This document shows positions 1 to 8,879 of a stretch of DNA of 64,000 nucleotides, one piece after another (the stretch's first letter is position 1; the number at the start of each line of letters is the position of its first letter). Made by a program: the position numbers and the translations under genes. This stretch comes from a virus: the IMG/VR virus record IMGVR_UViG_3300013117_000027; one strand, given 5' to 3'. Under the pieces are notes generated by a model, which was not told the DNA's origin, made no database searches, and saw only the letters and a program-made list of their open reading frames with translations.

Positions 1-684
1 TTATCAGAAGGTCTTACTAGGAAAGAATATAGTAATCAAGCAAGATCTACAATGACAAGTATACTATCTCAAGGTGGTAAGTATACAGATATGTTTAGAG
101 CTGCTCAGTCTAGCGAGAAACCATATCTAGCTGCATGGTTAGATGAAACTAATCCAGAACGTAGAGATGAGATAGCTAGATTCTTACCTGAGAAGATGGG
201 TCATGCAATGAGAACATTTTGGCATTCAACTGATAACAAGATGTCTACAAGAGATTTCTTAGAATCTACTAGTGCTGACTTGGCTAACGGAAGAAAGACC
301 ACGCCTTATAGTATGAATATGTTAGATCCTACTGTAGAACTAGAGGATATAAAACTTAAAACTATACAAAATCAAGGTCTTAATCAACACGATTTTGGTC
401 TTGGATGGCAAGAACAAATGCTTAGGGTACAGAATCAGATAGATGATATGCAGATAGCTGAGATATCAGCCAGACCTTTAGAACCTGTAAATGTTAATAC
501 AGCTGGTATGAAAGCAGCTATATACGAGATGCTTAATCAGATGGGACTTAGTGGACGTGTACAATTATATGTTAATAATCATAGTACTAATAATAACAAA
601 GTAACGTTGACTGTTCAACGAGACAGATTACAAACTTTAAAGCGAAGTTTTAATTCAAGGAATAGGTGGATGAGAAATGTCTAA
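1..684 (+). CDS. C-terminal part of a virion-module protein (runs off the left edge)
   Basis: Frame is open from base 1 to TAA at 684; overlaps the start of the 2440-aa gene; no recognisable motif. Confidence 0.6.
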   Translation, partial: LSEGLTRKEYSNQARSTMTSILSQGGKYTDMFRAAQSSEKPYLAAWLDETNPERRDEIARFLPEKMGHAMRTFWHSTDNKMSTRDFLESTSADLANGRKTTPYSMNMLDPTVELEDIKLKTIQNQGLNQHDFGLGWQEQMLRVQNQIDDMQIAEISARPLEPVNVNTAGMKAAIYEMLNQMGLSGRVQLYVNNHSTNNNKVTLTVQRDRLQTLKRSFNSRNRWMRNV

Positions 685-3600
685 CTATGATAAAGATAAA
701 CCAAAACCTAACTGGTATAATAGAGTAGCTGTAGGATCTATCGGTCTTGCTAGTATTGGTGTAGTAGCTTATAAGATGGGCGGTCCTACAGGAAGACTAT
801 TAGATAATATAAGAGATGAACTTGTAGAGAAAGATGCAGCAGATAAGTATCTTAAGTGGTCAAGGAAAAGTGTTGCTCCTGAAGATGTTAAAGATCTACA
901 GGCTAAAATTGTTACTTCATCAAGAGGCGATACTATGCTAGCAGGCGGACCTCCTACAGATGAAATGATGAACGAAGCTATAGATAAAGAGTTTAAGAGA
1001 CACCAGATAACAGATGATCAACTGTTTAATAAAGCTGCTAGAATGGAAGCTGATATAGAAGCAGCGTTTAATCAGGATATCCATGGTCATGCTACTGATA
1101 AGTTAATGAAGTTAAAAGAGTTTAGACGTTACCATAAAGCTCCAACAGATGCTGAGATGAGAAGAGATATGGTAGTTTCTAAACTAAAACATCAGACCAT
1201 AACTGATTATCATAGAACATCTTATGTTGGCATGGAAGGAGTGCCAGATATAGATCTTACAGATCCTGATATCGTTAGAGATCCTTTTGCTAAGTCTGAA
1301 GAGATAGATAAGTTACATCAACATTATATGAAGAACGATAAGGTGTATGCTAGAAAATATAACAAAGCATTACATGCTTCTTTAAAAGAGATTAAAATTT
1401 CTACTGCAACATCTACTATAGCTAATCCTACTCTACAGAAGAATGGGATATTTGGTACTAATAGTGTACCTAAGTCTATGGGTTCAGTAAAGAATATGTG
1501 GTCTAGTATTCTCGATATAGAGGGCGCAAATGCTTATACGTTAGAACCTGATAAAAGTGTTATGTTACATATAACTGGTCAGGCTGGATTTTCGTCTGAT
1601 GAGATAGTAGCTAAACCTACGTCTTTTGAACTAAAGATGGATAACTCTACAAGGATAAAGTATCAAAAGTATATGCCTCAGTTAAAGAGGATTCAAGGAA
1701 GACTAGAAGAGATTCAGACTCAACTTCACGGTAGGCGCGGTTCTCACGTCATATCTGATATACAAATATCTGATCAAGTTTACTCAGTAGGATCTAATAG
1801 GCAAGTATCTTACGCTGTGGTCGAATGGGATGTTAACGTTGGTACCACGAAGAAGCACGTTACAATACCTATACCTATGGCTGAGAATAACACTGTTCCT
1901 AGTATTAAAGGTATTAATGGAAGACTACGAGCTAACGTTAATTATGTGTCTGCTAATCCATTCGGTCTTGGTTCAAGACAGGTTGTTAATACTACACAAA
2001 TGGCTTTCGAAGAATTACATAATTCACTTACAAGTTCTATGATGAATGAGATGGAAGTAGATACCTCTAAGTTTCAACGTAGAATAGTGGATCGTATTAG
2101 TAACAGAATAGAAAATGGAGTTAAACCTCTTGCTAATGAAACTAGAGATTTCTTTAGTGCTCACCAGGTGAAAGTAATAACTAATGATACTATTATGAAA
2201 AGGAAGGGTGAATCAAGAAAAGGTTTTTTTAAACAGTTAAGAAGTGGCGGTAAGAGTTTAAGAAACATGCAGTTAATAAAGAATAATCCTCATGAATACG
2301 TTACGATGTTCCTCGATATAGAGACTATTAACTTAATGACAAATTCTCCACAGTTACAAAAAGGCGATCCTTTTACAGGAATATGGCAATATGGTATTGT
2401 AGAGCAAGACATGGGTACTGGTAATATAAGAAGAGTTAAACAGATAGCTTCTGATCATGTTCTTAATGAACAGTATATGTTAATAGATAAACATATTAAA
2501 GATGGTACTTTAAAGAATGCATTAAAAGACAATGGTAATACAGGTAAGAACCTTAGATCTATGGCAGAGTATGCACAGAGAACAGTAGGTGGTTCAGATG
2601 ATCTAGACGCTTTACTAAGAATGAGAGAGATGATAAAAGCTCAAGCTAATGTTGATAATAGATACGTTAATTCTTTGTACAAAAATCCTATTAGAACATC
2701 TAATGATTTCGCGAGAGTGATAGACAGTGAGTTAAGAAATGCACAGATGAGAGCTGCTAAAGAGGGTAAGAAACTTATAATAGGTACTGCTAATGGAGAT
2801 TTTGACTTAAGTATCATTGGTAATCTATTAGGAGATTCAGCGTATGCTTCTAAGTTTGATCACCTTGATGTACAGACTATGACAAGAGCTATGACATTAG
2901 GGTTGTACGACCAACCTGCTATGTCTGCTGAGAATCTAATGCCGTGGTATGCATCTAAAACTGGAAGACCAGGTCTTTCTATGTTGTCTTTATCTAAAGA
3001 TCCTGTAGGAACTGTTAAAGCTATAAGTACTGGAGTAACACCTACTGCTCATGTAGGTACCAGGCGTGCTCTAGATATGATGGTAAACGGAGAATTATCT
3101 AAGTATGGTAAGTGGGCTATAGCGGCTGGGCACTCATCTTCTGTATACGATAATGTTAATGCCCTAGGTATAATGCATATGCAAATGGAGTTCTTTGAGA
3201 AAGATGGGTTTCAGACAGCTAGAAATATAGAAGATTTTGTACAGAACGCATCTGGTTATGATGTTAATAAAAACCTTAAATCTCACTTAGAATTAGAGTT
3301 AGGAAGACTTCCTGGACAACAACAATGGTTTTCTTATGGACTAATGTCGTCTAATGCTGCTTCTAAGAAGATAGGAAGTATGGTACATATAGCTCATATG
3401 TGGCCTGGACTATCTCTTAATCCTGGTAACAAAGATTTACACCAGTTCGCTAGACACGACATGGTAAGGAAAGATACTATTAAGAATCCTCATCGTGAGT
3501 ACATGATGAAGAATCCTTTGAGATCTAATGTTGTTACTAAGGTAGAACACTGGATGACAAGAGTGTCAGACTTTGACATGAGGTACTATGCTAATGAGTT

Positions 3601-6600
3601 ACAGTTTAATATGGCTTACGCTGTTAATATGACAGGTAGTAAGAACGGTCTTTTCAAGACAGCGGCTGATACATTAGACTTTACAGTTCATTCTACTACA
3701 AGTGTAAGGGCAGGGGATTTGCCTGCTGACTCTAAACTTGCTAACGAGTTAACAAACATATACTCTAAAATTACAAAGAAAGTTAAAGACTTGTCTAAGA
3801 CTTTACACGGTGATCCTAATCACACTATCAGTGGCGAGATGTGGAAAGAAGCTTGTTCTCTTGTCTTAGCTAAGGAAGGTGTTACATTGCCTACTTTTAC
3901 AAGAGATGCTAATGTTCCAATGAAGGTTTCTATAGGTGGTGAAGATCATGTATTTAACTCTCAACTAAACGGACGAGTAACATCGTTACGCGTTGATGGA
4001 CGTCCCGGTGAGAAAGGAACACCGGGATTTATAGCGGATATAATGTTTGAGGCATCAGGTAACGATCTTAATAATGCTGCAGTTAATCATATGGGAACTA
4101 AGAGTATTGTCACAAGACTTAATGTTAAATCTGCCGAACTAGCATATGGTAAGTTTAATGTACTTCCCGATAACTATGCTATTATGAACTTTGATTTCTT
4201 AGACAAGAAATATTGGGGATCAATGAAAGAGATGATGATTAGGAAAGGTTTGGGTGTGTCTATGTATAACGCTAAACATGCAGCTACAGCAGAGCAACGA
4301 GCTTATGCTGTTAAATCTTACAAGAGAATAGCTAACTTAATAAGAGGTTCTTTTCCTGTTACACAGAATAAAGATGGTAGTGTTCGTTTTGGACCAAGAA
4401 ATCTTTCAGAAGATCCTAAAGAAATAATGAAAAAAATGTCAGCTATACGTATGAACGACATAGTTTACGAACTAGGAGCCGTAGGACATGAAGCGTCTTG
4501 GACTCGTAAGACGATGGAATCTTACTATAATCTTAGAGGTGGCGGTGATATGTGGAGAGGGCGAGATAAGATTAGAAATGAAGTGGCTGATCTTTTATTA
4601 GGTCTAGATAGTGCTGCTAGTAAGATAGAAAAAAGAACTCAACAAGTAATGACTACTGCTGATCAACGTACTCTTATCAAATTATTAGATCCTTTAGGAA
4701 TGATAGAAGATAATCTGAGACAACGAGATGAACTAGTTGGTGGAAGTATAGAATCGCATTATAAGACATTGACTAGAGATAAACAAGAGCAACTTATAAA
4801 AGGAGCACGTATAACTCCTTTCTTACAAGAGTTACCAGATTTACAAGGAGGTGGTAGTTTCTTAGGATTCTATGGCGGGTATCAACCTTCAGCTATTTAT
4901 AATAATAACGCTGGAAGAGATATAAAGTATATGCATGACGTGAAGTGGCAAAAGTCTTACTTTGAACAAACACATGTAAAAGACTCGCTATTCTCTACAA
5001 GAACAAGAAGACTTTTAAGATCCTCGATGGGTTATAGGAGACCTGGTTCAGGCGGTAGTAAACAGTTAGATGTAGCTAAGAAGTTCTTTAGACTGTCAGA
5101 GGCTATACAGAACAAAGGGGTTGCTGACTTAGCATCTGAACATATGTTAACCTTAGATAATATAGATGCTATTATTCACAGAAGAACTACAATGAAAGCT
5201 TTTGAAAGAGACTTAGAATCTCTGGCCGATAATAAGAATACACACGAGATAGCAGCTATTAGTGATTCTCTAGATGATATGCTTAAAGATGTTAACAAGG
5301 CAGAGTCTATTAATAAGGACGCAGTTGCTCATTCAATATTCCAGAAGACTACTGGTGAAAGACGAGAGATATTAGAAACTGTTGCTAAGAGAAATAACTA
5401 TCTACATCAAACAGAGATACAAGAATGGGCTGACCTTGCTGTTAAGAAGAAAGATATATTCTTCCTTCCTAGTAAATTTAAACATAAGGATAAGATATAC
5501 GGTAACGAAAGACTTACTATAACATTAGAGGATGCTGCTGAAGCTTTTAACAAAAAAGTTTTACCTACTGAACCATTAGATTCAAACGCCTTTCTTTCTA
5601 TGTTACGACTAGTCCAAAAAGGTGAGAAGTATAAGACATTGTCTAAAACTAATCAACAACTATTCGATATTGTCGATCTAGGTAATGGGAAACATGAGAT
5701 ACACTTAGGAGGTTTTCTAATGCCAGCACATGGACACGTGGGTAATATTGCCGATATGATGGATTCACAACAATACGGTATAGGTACACAGACTACTAAG
5801 ATGTCTTTTGACATGATGGAAGGATATTATATGTATGCCAAAGATATGATAGAAGGTAGAACTGATAATCTAGGTGCTCATTCAACAAGACTTTTCACTG
5901 ATCAGATGAAGATGTATACACATGCTCTTTCAATGGACAAAATGTCTGCTATGTTTAAGTCTACACAAACTGGAGTTATGCAAGGATTTCAAGCTGTTTA
6001 TAAGTCGGTAGATACACATATAGCTTCAGCTCATCAGGTAATTCAAGATATTGCATCAGACGCTCCTTATATAAAAAAGTGGTTTGCTACTAATAAACAA
6101 TGGACAAAAAAAGATGTCACAGGGGTACTTAACAGATTTACTCAGATGAAACTTAATACTATGACTGCTATGACAAGTACGTTATTCGATGAGAAACAAG
6201 TTGCAGTAAATTTTACTACAGGCAAACAAGAAATGATAGCTGACATGATTCAGAAAGGTACTAAAGAGTTTCAAGAGATGGTAGCAGAAATGAAACTAGG
6301 AAGAAGAACATTACCTGGAGGAGTTGCAGTAAGATTTCCAATGCTGCCTAATGGTGTTAATCCTGGATTCGAAGGTCCTCTGTTTGCTATGCCAGATGAA
6401 ATAGGTACAGGTTTACTAGGCATGAGTAATAATCATATGTACATGGTAGAACCTATCGGAGAACTCGTGAAAGCTGATAATGATGTAGACTTAATGGCGG
6501 TAGTAATGAAGTCTTTTAGTACTATAGAAGATATAGATAGAGCGTCTAGTGAATCTAGGTATAGTCTTAATAAGTTAATGTCGAGACTACAAGGTGGAGG

Positions 6601-7999
6601 ATATCAGAAAGCTTACAACGACGCTAACTATGTATTAAGTACTTATTACGATAAAGGTGAACGTATGGCGCGAGTGTCTAAGTTAGATTCATCTGGTAAA
6701 TTCGTAGTCAATAAAGTGAGGTACGACGCATTAGATTTTGTATCTAACGCTCAAGGTATGGTGCGAGAAACTGGTAAGTTAGGGGGAGCACTAGCTCCTT
6801 TATCTAGTACAGAATTTGTAGCAAGATCTAACCTCCATACATCTACTAAGGCACTAGGTGACCATATAGCAACATCTGCTATGGGAGGATTCTCTAAGAA
6901 TCAGATTGGTCTATGGACTAATACTATACAAAAGAAAGTTCATGAACTATTTATGGCGAACGGTGCTATGGCTACAAAGTCTACTGTCTTAATGGACATG
7001 ATAGGCGATCTTAACCATGGACTAGCTTCTATAGCACAGAGTCCTATTAAAGCTACAAAGCATGGCGATCTAGAATCAGTGATGGATATGACAAAGATGT
7101 TATCATGGATAACAAATCCTACTAAGTCTAGAGTAGAAGATTATAATATGGCTTATAGTACATGGGTAGATCAGTTCCCTGTAGAGAAGCAGGAAGCTAT
7201 GGGAGATATCTTTAGAGTATGGACTAAGAGATCTTCAGTGTTTAGTCTGTTAGATAAATATGATCCAGAAGCAGCTAAGTTTGCTCAACGAGAACAAGGT
7301 ATAATGATGGGTAAACAAGGCACTAACTTTATGGACTACGTATCTTACAAGATGATAGGAGAAAGTAAAGTTCAAGCTAAGTTAGATAATGCGTGGAGAA
7401 TGGCTTACGAGAATGTTATGAATCTTAACGATAAGATGCGTGGCGGTATTAATCCTAAAGATGCACAACAAGCATGGGCTACTAAGTTACAACGTGAACT
7501 AGCAGAGACTTCTTTAGATAAGAGATTTAATGAAGTATTTGGTGATGCTATTACTAAGGCTAAATTTGGAATAAAACGCGGAGGCAAAGGAGCAGCAATC
7601 GCCGGACTAGCATTCCTTGCGCTTAACATGTTTAGACCTAATCAGATGTCTAGTAGTTCTAATCCATTAGATGCCTTTGTAGATCTAGGAATAGATATAC
7701 ATGGTAATAATTCTACTAATGAATTACAGTTAGGAAAAGAAGTACCATTAGATCTTGTTAACGCATCGTTTTCTAAAAAAGCTTTCATAGAAATGCAGAA
7801 TAATAATAGTGCAACTATTAAGAGAGCACAAGGTAATATGGGTATGGACGCTATTAAATCTAGGTACATGACTCCTACAATGGTTCACTCACAGTTTAAT
7901 AGTGGAGGAAGTACTACATATAGTAATCTAACCTCTAACATAGGTATCTTCGGTTCTGGTGAGACGCAAAGAAGAGCACGAAGAATTGGCAGTATATAG
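677..7999 (+). CDS. Giant virion-module protein (2440 aa) with putative two-barrel RNA polymerase motifs and a DEDD-like exonuclease region
   Basis: FLDIET (aa 545-550), NGDFD (706-710) and H819..D825 resemble Exo I/II/III. HMGTKS (~1138), VRFP (~1885), ADNDVD (1933-1938), KNQIGLWTN and QSPIKATKHG resemble double-psi-barrel RNAP motifs. Hydrophobic segments at both ends. The CDS is certain; the function is inferred. Confidence 0.5.
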   Translation: MSNYDKDKPKPNWYNRVAVGSIGLASIGVVAYKMGGPTGRLLDNIRDELVEKDAADKYLKWSRKSVAPEDVKDLQAKIVTSSRGDTMLAGGPPTDEMMNEAIDKEFKRHQITDDQLFNKAARMEADIEAAFNQDIHGHATDKLMKLKEFRRYHKAPTDAEMRRDMVVSKLKHQTITDYHRTSYVGMEGVPDIDLTDPDIVRDPFAKSEEIDKLHQHYMKNDKVYARKYNKALHASLKEIKISTATSTIANPTLQKNGIFGTNSVPKSMGSVKNMWSSILDIEGANAYTLEPDKSVMLHITGQAGFSSDEIVAKPTSFELKMDNSTRIKYQKYMPQLKRIQGRLEEIQTQLHGRRGSHVISDIQISDQVYSVGSNRQVSYAVVEWDVNVGTTKKHVTIPIPMAENNTVPSIKGINGRLRANVNYVSANPFGLGSRQVVNTTQMAFEELHNSLTSSMMNEMEVDTSKFQRRIVDRISNRIENGVKPLANETRDFFSAHQVKVITNDTIMKRKGESRKGFFKQLRSGGKSLRNMQLIKNNPHEYVTMFLDIETINLMTNSPQLQKGDPFTGIWQYGIVEQDMGTGNIRRVKQIASDHVLNEQYMLIDKHIKDGTLKNALKDNGNTGKNLRSMAEYAQRTVGGSDDLDALLRMREMIKAQANVDNRYVNSLYKNPIRTSNDFARVIDSELRNAQMRAAKEGKKLIIGTANGDFDLSIIGNLLGDSAYASKFDHLDVQTMTRAMTLGLYDQPAMSAENLMPWYASKTGRPGLSMLSLSKDPVGTVKAISTGVTPTAHVGTRRALDMMVNGELSKYGKWAIAAGHSSSVYDNVNALGIMHMQMEFFEKDGFQTARNIEDFVQNASGYDVNKNLKSHLELELGRLPGQQQWFSYGLMSSNAASKKIGSMVHIAHMWPGLSLNPGNKDLHQFARHDMVRKDTIKNPHREYMMKNPLRSNVVTKVEHWMTRVSDFDMRYYANELQFNMAYAVNMTGSKNGLFKTAADTLDFTVHSTTSVRAGDLPADSKLANELTNIYSKITKKVKDLSKTLHGDPNHTISGEMWKEACSLVLAKEGVTLPTFTRDANVPMKVSIGGEDHVFNSQLNGRVTSLRVDGRPGEKGTPGFIADIMFEASGNDLNNAAVNHMGTKSIVTRLNVKSAELAYGKFNVLPDNYAIMNFDFLDKKYWGSMKEMMIRKGLGVSMYNAKHAATAEQRAYAVKSYKRIANLIRGSFPVTQNKDGSVRFGPRNLSEDPKEIMKKMSAIRMNDIVYELGAVGHEASWTRKTMESYYNLRGGGDMWRGRDKIRNEVADLLLGLDSAASKIEKRTQQVMTTADQRTLIKLLDPLGMIEDNLRQRDELVGGSIESHYKTLTRDKQEQLIKGARITPFLQELPDLQGGGSFLGFYGGYQPSAIYNNNAGRDIKYMHDVKWQKSYFEQTHVKDSLFSTRTRRLLRSSMGYRRPGSGGSKQLDVAKKFFRLSEAIQNKGVADLASEHMLTLDNIDAIIHRRTTMKAFERDLESLADNKNTHEIAAISDSLDDMLKDVNKAESINKDAVAHSIFQKTTGERREILETVAKRNNYLHQTEIQEWADLAVKKKDIFFLPSKFKHKDKIYGNERLTITLEDAAEAFNKKVLPTEPLDSNAFLSMLRLVQKGEKYKTLSKTNQQLFDIVDLGNGKHEIHLGGFLMPAHGHVGNIADMMDSQQYGIGTQTTKMSFDMMEGYYMYAKDMIEGRTDNLGAHSTRLFTDQMKMYTHALSMDKMSAMFKSTQTGVMQGFQAVYKSVDTHIASAHQVIQDIASDAPYIKKWFATNKQWTKKDVTGVLNRFTQMKLNTMTAMTSTLFDEKQVAVNFTTGKQEMIADMIQKGTKEFQEMVAEMKLGRRTLPGGVAVRFPMLPNGVNPGFEGPLFAMPDEIGTGLLGMSNNHMYMVEPIGELVKADNDVDLMAVVMKSFSTIEDIDRASSESRYSLNKLMSRLQGGGYQKAYNDANYVLSTYYDKGERMARVSKLDSSGKFVVNKVRYDALDFVSNAQGMVRETGKLGGALAPLSSTEFVARSNLHTSTKALGDHIATSAMGGFSKNQIGLWTNTIQKKVHELFMANGAMATKSTVLMDMIGDLNHGLASIAQSPIKATKHGDLESVMDMTKMLSWITNPTKSRVEDYNMAYSTWVDQFPVEKQEAMGDIFRVWTKRSSVFSLLDKYDPEAAKFAQREQGIMMGKQGTNFMDYVSYKMIGESKVQAKLDNAWRMAYENVMNLNDKMRGGINPKDAQQAWATKLQRELAETSLDKRFNEVFGDAITKAKFGIKRGGKGAAIAGLAFLALNMFRPNQMSSSSNPLDAFVDLGIDIHGNNSTNELQLGKEVPLDLVNASFSKKAFIEMQNNNSATIKRAQGNMGMDAIKSRYMTPTMVHSQFNSGGSTTYSNLTSNIGIFGSGETQRRARRIGSI

Positions 8000-8025
8000 C
8001 TATACTAGATAGGTAAGGAGTATAT

Positions 8026-8202
8026 ATGTTTATAGAAGCTAACATTACAATAGATGTACCCGACGGCGTAGATATTACGCCTATTATACAACAAATAAAA
8101 GCAATACTAAGTCGTACTAACGACATGGATACAGATGTTCACATTATAGAAGTTGATGACCCTATAAGTACTAATCCTGTAAATTTATCAAAGGTTATAT
8201 AG
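8026..8202 (+). CDS. Small hypothetical protein (58 aa, absent from the ORF track)
   Basis: AAGGAG Shine-Dalgarno before ATG 8026; MFIEANITIDVPDGVDITPIIQQ...LSKVI; its stop abuts the next ATG at 8203. Confidence 0.7.
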   Translation: MFIEANITIDVPDGVDITPIIQQIKAILSRTNDMDTDVHIIEVDDPISTNPVNLSKVI

Positions 8203-8871
8203 ATGAAAATGTTCAAACAATGCTCTAAGTGTGGAGAGGTAAAAGAGTTAAGTGAGTTTAATAAAAAGAAAGATGGTAAGTTTGGTGTCCAAACTATGTG
8301 TAGAATGTGTAGAAGAGATTATAGAAAAAGGAACTATAATAAGGAAAAGAACGCATCACAATGTCGTAACTACAGACTTAATAATATTGATAAGTTTAAG
8401 TCTTATGATAAACTTTATTATATAAATAATAAGTCTTTGTGTAATAAAAGATCAAAAGAATACTATGAATCTAATAAAGATAGGTTAAAACTGATGCAAA
8501 AAAATAATAGATCTCATATAAATGCTAGCAGGAAACAACGTTATATCAATGATACTGGATACAGAATAGAATGTAATATAAGAAGTAGAATCTTTGGATC
8601 ATTGAATGGATTAAATAAATTCACATCTACAAGAGAACTAATAGGTTGTACAATAGATGAACTCAAAACGCATCTTCAGTCTACAGCTATTGTTAATGGT
8701 TACAAAGACTTCGATATTAATAGCTACTTAGGACAAGATTATCATATAGATCATGTACGTCCATGTTCATCTTTTAATCTTGAAGACGAAGAAGAACAAC
8801 AAAAGTGTTTCCATTATACTAATCTTCAGATTCTTTCTGCTGAAGAAAACCTTAAAAAAAGTAATAAGTAG
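8203..8871 (+). CDS. Free-standing HNH-type homing endonuclease with N-terminal CxxC zinc finger
   Basis: CSKC...CRMC; C-terminal YHIDHVRPCSSF...CFHYTNLQILSAEENLKK. Confidence 0.8.
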   Translation: MKMFKQCSKCGEVKELSEFNKKKDGKFGVQTMCRMCRRDYRKRNYNKEKNASQCRNYRLNNIDKFKSYDKLYYINNKSLCNKRSKEYYESNKDRLKLMQKNNRSHINASRKQRYINDTGYRIECNIRSRIFGSLNGLNKFTSTRELIGCTIDELKTHLQSTAIVNGYKDFDINSYLGQDYHIDHVRPCSSFNLEDEEEQQKCFHYTNLQILSAEENLKKSNK

Positions 8872-8879
8872 GAGACTTC

